Position numbers and translations under genes: made by a program. Under the pieces are notes generated by a model. It was not told the origin of the DNA, ran no database searches, and saw nothing but the letters and a program-made list of their open reading frames with translations. This document shows, in pieces, positions 34,963 through 47,500 of a stretch of DNA of 64,000 nt. The stretch is taken from NCBI RefSeq assembly GCF_009914755.1, contig NC_060945.1; one strand, written 5' to 3'. Source of the stretch: the human T2T-CHM13v2.0 reference genome, Homo sapiens. Numbering within the stretch: position 1 is the stretch's first letter; every line of letters begins with the position of its first letter.

Positions 34963-37076
34963 ATTTTTGAAATGGAGACATTGATTTCACAACTTAAGTG
35001 TCACATGCAGGGAACAGAGCATGAGTATTTATTTGTCCTTGTCCATACAGCCAGCAGTGCTGACAGCCCCCTCTCTTCTGGTGTAACAACGGGAGCCAAC
35101 ACCTAGGTGGATTCCTAGAGGGATGCAGTTGGCAATGACATTGTTCAGACACAGAATAGTGAAATGAGTGTTACAGCAACAGAAGCATTTCAGGCCATGG
35201 TGGTGTGACCTTCAAAGTTTGCCCGGAAATAGAAACTTCTCTATTATGCTTTAGTAAACACTTTATATTCTATCTTTGATTTAGCTTGCCAAACTAAGAA
35301 AATGCTTGATCTGTTTAACATTTTACATTATACTGTTGATAGAATGATAAATAGGCTAAATTTTAACAAAATAGCATATGCTCATTGTTGAGGTTATTTT
35401 ACATGCATGCTCTTAGTTTTCTTAATGAGCCCCTATGCCTCATGAGAGTAAATTAACCATTATTTGTATTTCCTCTGGATGCTCAGAGACTTAAATGTGA
35501 TTCATCCAGGGAAGAGCTTACTTTTTTTTTTTCAAGTATAGCATAAATGAGGTGAGGTAAAGGGTAGGTTATTGAATTGAAAATATAATTAATGTTACTG
35601 TCTCTACATCTCAGTGATAAAGCAGAGAGACATGAGCTTCAATGGATACGAATGTGTCACTATGTCAGTATTTGAGAAAATCTACCTTCTATCACACCAG
35701 GTGAATGTTTGCCTGACTAAATGTTCACAGAAACGTAACATCTGAAAAAGGAAATTTTAAAAAATCCCAAAGTAAGTTTGGCTCTGAAAGCTATAGATTT
35801 CCTAGAAAATATATGGTCACAGACTAGATCAATGGGGACAAGTTCATTAGATGTTTTCTGATAACATCTGTGGTGTTCAGAAGAGTTGAATATGCTCTGG
35901 CTTGCTGGGGATGGCAGCGAATTTGTATACCAGGGTATAAAAAGATGGCTGAGCAAGCTAGCAGGAACAGAAATGAATAATACATGCAGTTGCCAATGAT
36001 ACCCAAAAAGTTACAGTTATGAAAAGTGGCCTTCGCTTCTCTTAATTGTAAATGATGTTACAAAATAGTGTTGGGCGAACATGTAAAAGCTATGGGACTT
36101 GAGATGATACAATTTGTTTAAAAATCTGCTAGGCATGTGAGTCACAGTTTACTATTTGGGTGTGTCAAAATAATAGATTTTCTTTATTTCTAGATGTACA
36201 TTTAATTTCTGACTCGAGGCCACTACCTTCCTAGTATGAACTCCCTAAACGAATTCACTGTGAATCTTCCATTTGTGCTTTTCTAAGTATCCTGCAATTA
36301 AACCAGAATTATTAGTCAGCATCAGCCTGGCTCACATCTCCATGTGACTCTGTCCTACTCCTCTTCTCAGTCCTGACCTAGCCCTCGAGGTTCATAGGTC
36401 TGTAGTCTGCCAAAAGAAAGGACAAGTTACCCTAGGTGGTTGTCACCCATTGGTGGTGGAAAGGGAGGGGACTGTTTCTTGTTCTCCTTTGCTGTTTGGC
36501 AGTGACATTAACTGGAACTGGCATGTTTGTACACATTTGGTTCACTGGCAACTCCCTGGCATTGCCTCTGAGGTTCCAGGCTCTTTGTAGAAGTTGCAGT
36601 TGCATCATAAACAACCTTATATTCTTATTGATGTAAAACAGAACATTTTTTTTTTTCCTCACGAATGTGCTAGGTTAGCTGGGGCCACACAGCTACAAGA
36701 GGCTTGGTAAGTTCAGGTCTACTACAGGGCGGGCAAAAGGCCCAGAAGCTAAGTGGAGTTTGCTCTTCTCATGGTGGTTGGCAGAAATCCAGGAGGAGAA
36801 TAAGAAATGAATTGTGCCCCATAAATTCTTCTTACTGCCTAATCTCACTTTTTCCCATATGTCAATCTCCAAAACAATCACATGTACAAGACCAACTTAA
36901 ATGGTTTGGGGAATTATACATTATCACCTGGTGAAAGATGGCAAAGGTAGGGGTGAAGAAGTAGACACACAATACAAGGTAAAGGTTATATTTAACCAAT
37001 CTCTGTCTGCCAAGTCCACTTTCAAATTCAAAACTAATGGAAACAAGACTCAAAAAGATGGAAGATCAGAATATAG

Positions 37077-37515
<439 letters not shown>

Positions 37516-37610
37516 TTTCTTACAGGTAAGACTGATTGGGAAAATAAACATGATTCTGTAGGCAAAACTGGAATTTCAAATACCCAACTCCTTGACTGTT
37601 ACTTACCCAC

Positions 37611-37751
37611 TGTATTATTCAGGGTTCTTCAGAGAGACAGAACTAATAGATATCCAGATGATTGATTGATAGATAGATATATAGATAGATGGATAGATAA
37701 TAGATGATAGATAGATAGATATAGATAGATAGATAGATATAGATGATAGAG

Positions 37752-37802
<51 letters not shown>

Positions 37803-38350
37803 GATAGATAGATATAAGAGAGGAAATTTGCTCCGTGAATTGGCTCATGTGACTAGGGAAGCTGAGAAGTCCCACGATGGCCTATCTGTAAGCTGGAGAA
37901 CCAGGAAAGCCAATAGTACAGCTCAGACCAAGTCCAAAGACCTCAGAACCAGGGATGCCTAAGGTTCAACTTTTAGCATGAGGCTGAAGGCCTGAGAACT
38001 TGGTGCAGGGAAAGGTGCTGGTGTAAGGCCCCAAGTCCAAAGATTAGAAAACCTGGAATTTGGATGTTCAAGAGCAGCAGAATGTTGTTCTCAGCTGAAT
38101 GATGCTCTTCAGCTACAGAAGAGAGAGACAAAGTAAATTCACCATCTGTCTGCCTTTTTGTTTTATCTGGGCCCTCAGCCAATTGGATGGTGCCTGCTTA
38201 CATTGAGGGTGGATCTTCCTTACTCAGTCAACCAATTCAAACCAGTCGCTTCTTGAAACATCCTCACAGACATAGCCAGAAATAATGTTTTATTAAATAT
38301 TTGGGTATCCTTTAATTTAGTAAAGTTGATAACTAAAATTAACAATCACA
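37611..38350 (-). mobile_element. ERVL solo LTR (MLT2-type)
   Basis: tgtattattcagggttcttcagagagacagaac...gctgagaagtcccacgat...taaaattaacaatcaca. Confidence 0.88.
37662..37816. repeat. Interrupted (GATA)n tetranucleotide repeat inside the MLT2 LTR
   Basis: gatagatagata arrays. Confidence 0.95.
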
Positions 38351-38926
38351 CCTATCCAGAAATTCAGTCAGCAATTGTAACCTTTCTGTAATGAGGAAGA
38401 AAATACCAGACAGGCATCTCTAAAACAAAAGGAACCCTGAATAGAATGACCCATGCTCACAGACAATCTCTAACTCCCAATCTCACCACAAGACACTATT
38501 AGGATGCACTTTGCCCTTGGGAAAGAGAAGCGAGAGGTAGGAAGAAGTTATATGTATTCTTAGCAGAATTTTCTTCCCTGAGGAATATAGACATTTTCAT
38601 CCCACTTTAGAATTATGGAAGAAAGATACTATGGTGTTCTAACAAACCACTCTTCTGATTCCTGTTGCAGCTTCCACGCTGCTTCTCTGGTTGCAAGCAT
38701 TTTCGTCCTGCCTTGGAGAGCCTCTCAATTCCACCTCAGCTTAATTTGTGTTTTTCCTGGGTCCCTCTCCTCTCTCAATTGGCCAACATAATTAAAGTGA
38801 AGATTCTCCACTACCAGTGAACCATGTGAGAAGGGAAGGAGGATTGTATACAACCATATATTTTCTGGTGTGGAACACCAGGCCATTAATCCAAACAATT
38901 CCCAAAATGACCATGAGTGGTGGTGA

Positions 38927-39247
<321 letters not shown>

Positions 39248-40671
39248 AGCATCAACTTACTTTGAATCTGACATCCCTCAGACAACAGAGCAGGCTTTTC
39301 CAAGAGTCTCATTTGTTTGCCTCCCTCTACTCCTGCAGGTTTTATTCCAGGGTTGTGGAATAAAACTTGATTCCTATTTCTTTTCTTTCTCAATTCGGTC
39401 ATCTCCCCCATGCTACTCTTATCTCCTCTTATGTGTTTGTACCACTAGGCAACTCTGTATCGCTCATACCCAGATTGGTATGTCTTCAATTTAGGATTTA
39501 ATATCTGAAAGTTTCACATTTAGAGCAATATTTATAGTTTCTTTGTTGTGGCCAAAAGTGAAAAAGTAGAAATACAGTACAGAGAAGTAGATAAAAAATA
39601 ATTTCCCAATAATAAAGCACTTACAATCCTACTACACAGAAACCATATATACTTCACTCATTCATATATTTTTTCATTTGTCACATGTTCCAAGACCTTC
39701 TTCTGTATTTAAAGTTCTCTTGTAAACATTGAATATTGCACTGTGATCACTATAGGAATGTATGTCATCCTCATATACTTATAATTTATTGAGATACTGA
39801 TTTCTATAGATTTTCCTTTGTTTTCAATTAAACATGTTTTCAAATGAAGACTATCAGACTTTTCCTGACTTTTGGCTATTTTAAACTAGTAAATTTAAGC
39901 TAAATTTCTTTTAAGATTACATAAGATCTTTAAAACAACAACAAAACACAAGATATACAAGTCTCATTGTTGTGCTCTTTTTTGGTCCAGTGAGCATTCA
40001 ACATATATAAAATAGTGTAGAATACTAATATGTTAATGTATTTTGTTCCTGGCAAATTTACCAAATAATTCTATGTAGTTCTGAATCATTGTTGTTTCAT
40101 TTTATAATTTTTTGAAAATTCAGCTTTCATTTGTCTTCCACAGCTGCGTCACATCCTAAGCATATCTCATATCCAGAATTTTTTTTGCTAATTCATTAGA
40201 TTTTACTTTTCACCAAAGAAAAATAATGGGGTTACTTTAGGATATAAACCCACTGATTTTGGTATCAATTAATAATATATGAAATCTAATTTTGAAAGTA
40301 TTTTCTCTGCTTTTTTCTTGATTTAAAATTACATTGTTTAAGGGCATCAAAAATTATATTCAACAAATATTTGTCATCAAGCTACATGTTTACTACATTT
40401 TGAATTATTTTCAATAGGCATTTTCAGCCTAGGCTTTTCTTTATTCAACTTATCCCTCATTACCCATCTCTCCAAGCTGTAGACATTGACATCCTGCCTG
40501 GCACTTGACAATTTCCAAATCTGGGAGTTGGACTTTGTTTCCTGCTTCCTCAACAACTGGCTAGGATTAAGCCCACCCAGTTGATAAAACATTCACCAGG
40601 AAGACAACAAACATACTGCATGGCTTGTCAAACCACTTTGGAATTTATCATATTATTTTTTAAAACTTTAA

Positions 40672-40948
<277 letters not shown>

Positions 40949-41155
40949 CTGATGTCCTTACATCAGCCAAGGGTAGCAATATTGGTAACTTTTAATTAAA
41001 ACAGAAAACCATTTTTATTTTCAGGCAAAGGATGAGCCCAGTAGTAGAGCTACTAAACCTAATCAGCAACATCTCTCATGTCCTTTCACAAAACACGCTT
41101 TAAAAATCTTGACCCACAACATTTTATTCCCCTGCAGAAACTATGCATTTGTAAC

Positions 41156-43638
41156 TGATATGGCTTGGATGTTTTGTCCCCCCACTCCAAATCTTTTGTT
41201 GAAATGTGACCTCCAATGCTGAAGGTGGAGCCTGGTAGGAGGTGTTTGCGTCATGGAGATGGATCCCTCATGGATGGCTTGGTGCTGTCCTCACAGCAGT
41301 GAGTGAGTTCTCACTCTGTGAGTTCATTTGAGACATGGTTGTTTAATAGAAACTGGTAGCTCCACCTTTTTCCTCTTGCCCACTCTCTTGCCATGTGATA
41401 CACCTGCTTCCCCTTTGCCTTCCATCATGATCATAACCTCACCAGAAGCAGATGCTGGCACTATGCTTAATGTACAGCCTGCAGAATCACGAGCCAATTA
41501 AAACTCTTTTCTTTATGAATTAATTACCCAGTCTCAGGTATTCCATTAGAACAATGCAAATAAACTAACACAGAAAATTGGTACTGAAGAGTGGGACGTT
41601 GCTATAAAGATTCCTGAAATTGCGGAAACAGCTTTAAAACTGGGTGACATGCGGAGGTTGGAATATCGGAGGGCTCAGAGGAAAACGGGAAGATGAGAGA
41701 AAGTTTAGAACTTCTCAGAGACTGAATAGTAGTGACCAAAACGTTGATAGAAATATGGACAGTAAAGGTCAGGCTCAAAAGTTTTCAGATGAAAATGAAG
41801 AAGTCATTGGGAACTGGAGTAAAGAACACCCATGTTATGCCCAAGCAAAGAACTTGGCTGCATTGTGTCCATGGCTTAGGGGTTTGTAGAAAGGTAAACT
41901 TAACAGTGATGACCTAGGGTAAATGGTGGAAAAATCTGTAAACAGCACATCATTGCTGTAGCAATGATGTGCTGTAGCTGCTTCGAACAGCCTATGATCA
42001 AATACAGGAGCAAGGAAATGCCTTAAAGTTGGAACTTGTAATTAAAAGGGAAGCAGAGCATTAAAAGTTTGGGAAATTTGCAGCCTGGTTTGGCCATATG
42101 GTAGAAAGGGAGAAAACATTTTTAGGAGAGGAATACAAGAAGGGCGTGGAGAAACCACTTGCTAGAGAGGTTTGTGTGACTAAATGGGAGTCAACTGCTA
42201 ATAGTCAAGACAATGGGAAAAAGGCCTCAAAGGCATTTCAGACATCTCTGGGTCAGCCCCCTCCCATTACAGGCCCTAAGGCCTAGCAGAACAGAATGGC
42301 TTCCTGGGCCAGGGCCAGGGACTTGCTAACCTTCACAACTTTGGAACACGGCTCTCTGTATCCCTGCTGCTTCAGCTCCCGCCTGACTCAAAGGACTGAG
42401 CCAATGCCCCAGAGGGTGCAAACCATAAGCCGTGGTGGCTTCCATGTGGTGTTAAGTCTGCCGGCACAACAGAATGCAAGAATGAAGGAAGCTTGGAAGC
42501 TTCCACCTAGATTTCAGAGGATGTATTGGAAAGCTTGGATGCCAAGATAGAAACCTGCCACAGAGGCAATGCCCCTGTAGAAAGGCTGTACTAGGGAAAT
42601 TCCAAGGATAAAGGTGGAATTGGAGCCCATACAGTCCCCACCAAGGCACTGCCTAGTGGAACAATGGGATGGGGGCTGCTGTCCCATAGACCTAAGAATA
42701 ATAGAGCCACTGGAAACTTCCATATGTGCCTAGAGAAGCCACAGGCACTGGACTCCAACCTGCGAGAGCAGCTACAGGTGCTGCACCTTGCAAAGCCACA
42801 GGGGCAAAAATGCCTAACATCTTGGGAGTCCACCCCTTGCAACAATGTGCCCAGGATGTGGGACACAGAGTTAAGGAAATAATTTTGGAGCTTTAAAGAT
42901 TTAATGACGGCTCTGCTGGGTTTCAGAAATGTGTGGGGCCTGTTGTCCTTTTCTTTTGGCTGACTTCTCCCTTTTGGCGTGACAATGCTTACTCAATTCC
43001 TGCACCGCCATTGCATCTCGAAGTAAATAATTAATTTCTTTTTTTATTTTTTATTTTACAAGCTCATAGGTGAAAGAAACTTGCCTTGAGTCCCCAATGA
43101 GACTTTGAATTTTGGACTTTTGAGTGATGCTGGAATGAGCTGAGGCTTTTAAAGACTATTGGGAAGGGATGATTGTATTTTGCAATGTGAGATGAACATA
43201 AGATTTGGGGTCCCAGAGATGGAATAATATGGCTAGTATATTTTGTCCTCTCTAAATCTCATGTTGAAATGTAATCTCCAAAGTTAGTGGTGGGGCCTGT
43301 GGAAGGTGTTTGGGTCATGGGGACAAATCCCTCGTGAATGGCTTGGTGCCATCCTTGAAGTAATATGTAAGCTCTCAATTTGAGTTCAAGTGAGATCTGG
43401 TTGTATAAAAGAGCCTGGCACCTTCTTCTCCTCTCTCTTCCTCTCTCTCATCATGTGATATATCTGCTCCCCATTTGCCTTCCATCAATTGTAAGCTTCC
43501 TGAGGCCCTCACCAGAAGCAGATATTGGCACTATGTTTCATGTACAGACTGCAGAATCATGAGCCAAATAAACCTCTTTTCTTTATCAATTACCCAGTCT
43601 CAGGTATTCCTTTACAGTGATGAAAACAGACTAATCTA
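41156..43638 (+). mobile_element. Full-length MaLR element (MSTB-like LTR / MST-int / LTR)
   Basis: 5' LTR 41156-41572, internal region 41573-43224 starting gaaaattggtac, 3' LTR 43225-43638; 5-bp TSD gtaac/gttac. Confidence 0.92.
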
Positions 43639-44503
43639 GTTACTGAAAACCTCTATGAATGAAGACTTTGCCCACATTTTCACTATGTATCCCAGATTTT
43701 CTAGAAGGTATTTCCGAATATAATTGCAAAAGCAAACATATAGTAGTGGTTCTGATTGCAGAAATTTTAGAGTAGCTTGTATCAGACTATCCATTAGAAA
43801 GAGAATAAATAAACTAAATTCCAGCACTGACAGCAGAGTAAAAACCTGTCTCCAATACATAAATAAGTCGATAAATAAATAAGTAACAAATAAGCTTTGA
43901 ACAAATAGAGTTAAAAAAAGTTTGAAGACATTGGAGACTAGACACAAATGAGCAAATCCTGGATGGAGTTTGGCCCTTGAAAAGGAGAATGGCAAGGATG
44001 AGATCTCATTTGTACATCTTTTCCCTCTTAGGGGGAAAAAAAGACAAAAATAAAAGTATTGGAAACAGTAAATGAGAGAATACACAAAATTTACAAAGGA
44101 ACAAATACATAAATAATTGCTAATGTCACATTAAAAAAATGAAAATAAGAAGAAAAGGAATCTTATCTTTAAATTCCTTAAAATAAAAACAAAAATTTTA
44201 AATCAGCATGCTGCATCAAGTCAAAAATAACTTATTTGGTTAAATAAATATATATTTTAGGTAAATGAAAGCTGAGAAGATATATTTCTCAAGTTCTGTA
44301 CTATAAGAAATGCTAAAATAAATACTTCAGAATAAAGTGAAATGACTATAGACAGTGACAGAGATTCACAGGAAGAAATAAAGACCACTAAAAATAAGAG
44401 CTTTCTTTTAATTTCTTTAAAAGAAAATTGACAATTTAATGCAAAAAATATAAGGTTGAATTATAAAATTTATAAGTAGATTTAAAATGTATGGCACCAA
44501 TAA

Positions 44504-47500
44504 TGTTACTGAATTCATATGGGTCTGCAGCAACCTTAGTTTTTTCCTCTTCAGGAAAAACAAATTGACCAAAGAGGCAGAAGGAGAAACCAGAGCAAAT
44601 TTTAGAGCAAGAGTGAAAGTTTATCAGAAGTCTTTGGAACAGGAATGGAAGGAAGTAAAGTACACTTGGAAGAGGAACAAGTGGGTGACATGAGAGATAA
44701 AGTGCACGGTTTGACCTTTGGACTTGGGATTTTATACATTAGCATACTTCCAGGATCTCGCATCCCTTCTCTCCTGATTCTTCCCTTGGGGTGGGCTGTC
44801 ACATGTGCAGTGAACTGCCAGCACTTGGGAGGGGAGCATGCACAGTGTGTTTACTGGACCTGTACACATGCTCAATTGAGGTGTTCTCCCCTTACCAGCC
44901 AAATGTCCCTTGGTGGTAATATACCAGTTAAACTCTTCCATTTTACCTCTTAGTGCACATGCCCAAGCCCACTCACTCAACTCCTGAGATCTTATTAGAA
45001 AGCTGCTTATCACCAGTTTCAGGTGTTTCTGTTTCTTGGGAGACTGCCTTTCCCTGGCACTGGCTGTGACCATTTGTTATTTAGAGAGATGGTTTACTAA
45101 CCACCTGACCATCACCTGATGGATGCCTGACATTCCTAGAGTGGGAGTGCTCTCCTACCCTTCTTGTGTGTGACTAGCTACCTACTGTAACAACTTCCCT
45201 TTCAAGAGTCCAAGACCTCAATTCTTTGGAGAAAAATGGATGAAGGTCAGTCTTCTGTAACTGCTTCCTTCTCACAGAGGGGCAATGGTGGTTCTGTGGG
45301 TCTTGGCCTTTGGCTAGTTGCCAGGGAAGGGTTTGCTTTGTGAGCTGGTGAAAGCAGTATCCAGCCAGGTCCAAAGGAGACACAGGCAGGATTTTACTTC
45401 TGTCATGTCTCACTGATGGGCAGTCTAGGGGTCTCCTGCAGGAGGGTGACTCTTAAATATTGAGAGGATGGTATCCCTCAATAATGATCATCTAGAGCTT
45501 GATGGCCTGAAGGCAAGAGAAGACAAATCAGGTTATTAGATTTAGCAGAATGTTAAAATGAAGTAAGGGGGTGATGACAGCTGACACACCCAGGTAGCTG
45601 GTGGCTATAGTCATAACTGCTAAGAATTGGGCGTGTGGGGGTGCTAGCCAATTCCAATATGTGCCAAGAATTGCAATACTGAAGCAGATTTTTTCATTAC
45701 CCATCCCTTTTGTTTCTTCTGAGCTGCAGCCAGAGATCACTACTAGTTGGTTCACTGGAGTAAGTAGGGTGAGTCTAAATTGCAGACAAAAACTCAAAAA
45801 CAACTGATGAGGCTAGAACTTAATCACAGGTGTACCATAGTTCTTCAAACATAATTTTTCTCTCTCCAGATCTTATTTTTATGAAAAATAAATCCTGATA
45901 GGACTGATGTGCTTGCAAAATAAGTTCTAGTCTTATTACACTTGGCCAGATTATTTGCATGAATCACAGCAAGAATAATCATTTTCCAGAAAGTGACATT
46001 TTTTACTTATGTCAGGAACCCTGTACAGGGACTGTGTAGACAAGGTGTGAGGCCAGTTTTCCCAAGGGGTTTTATTGTCTCTATAAGTCAAATTTGGTTC
46101 CTTAAAGAAATGCACATTATTTCAGTCAAAGCCTTGATAAAATAACCAGTGTCTCTAATTGTGTCCTGTTGCAAAAGAAAATAGATTCATATTGCATTTA
46201 TGCAAATAACTGTATTGCCATGAGTTAAGAATATTCACAAATAGTTTTCAAATTCAGGAGAAATCAGGTAGGAAGAAAAAACATTATGCTTCAAATTATG
46301 TTGATAGTAGTATAATTTATTTACTCAATTCTTTAAAAGCTGTAAATAATGCAAAAGAAAATTTTCTTGTCTTTTAAAAACGAAGGATTAACAACATTTT
46401 AAGCAAAAACTCATAAAAGAATTATTTTAGTCTTCTACTAGTTTAGTCCATGTTCTGCTTGATATTCATGAACATTTTAGCTCTCCATATCTCTAATGAC
46501 ACAATCTTTGAAGTGATCAAAAACCTGTGTTTTAGAACACCTGTTAGAGTATTACAGCTGTTTATAAAACCTCCTTCTAAAAATAATCAAAACAAGACAA
46601 TTAATGTTCGTGGATGACAAAACATCTTAGGGCAGGCACAGTCAAAGATACAATTGACAAGGAAATTTGTTAACTTGGTGGTACACAATAATTTAACATA
46701 ATAATTATAATTATTCCTGATAGCATATATTAACTTATATCAGAGTCATAGGAATTTTGCATAATTTTGGAACACACATACCAATAACACATTTATAAAA
46801 ATATAGGCCAATGAAATCCAAATGTTACCTTTGCATTAGTGTGCTATTGATGTCAAACCCAACTCAATAAAACCTTAATAGGCAAATCTGTTCAATTTTA
46901 ATCAGCCTGATCATAAGGTAAGATTCTCATGAACATTTTATAAGCCTTTACAATTTTCTGTTAAAGAGCAGAACAATACTCTAAGAAAATTGTGTTGTGT
47001 TTTTATTCCAATGTTTAATTTACAGATAAGCTGAATAATACCCTTTTAATTTTAGCTAATATGTTCACTCACACAATTTCTTTTACATGATTAATTTTTC
47101 ACAAACATTCCACAACTTACTTAAACTTTTAACTTTATCTAATCTAACTTTAAACAACACCTTAACCCTCTAAAATAAGCAATAGAAATAGAGCTATTAT
47201 AGAGAAAGATGAATTCAGAAGTTGGGTAAATATTAAGCAGGTACCTGTCTTGGTAAATACATTTTTGCCCCAAAGAGGTGTGAATATTTTCTTTGGAGGC
47301 AGGAGGTGCCATGTGCCTCATTACCTGACATGATTTGGAGGAGAGTTGCTAGAGAAGATTAGCACAGAGTAGTCAGCTCTTGAACCCAAAAGGGAAAATT
47401 ATAATTTTACTTGCTGCCTCCATAGTTGTCCTTGTTCTCTTGATGACAATGTCTGAACTGGGAGCTGGCTGAAGCAGAGAGCCCTTTCAGTTCAAGGTCA

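Noticed and set aside
34965-37070. About 2 kb of non-repeat sequence with short ORFs and isolated splice-like motifs
   Set aside because: No recognisable protein or consistent exon chain; it may hold regulatory elements, but that cannot be supported from sequence alone.
44491-44508. atggcaccaataatgtta next to the 3' LTR resembles a PBS unit
   Set aside because: The match is short and can be explained as host L1 sequence. The ERV TSD is also unclear, so a tandem-provirus interpretation is unsupported.
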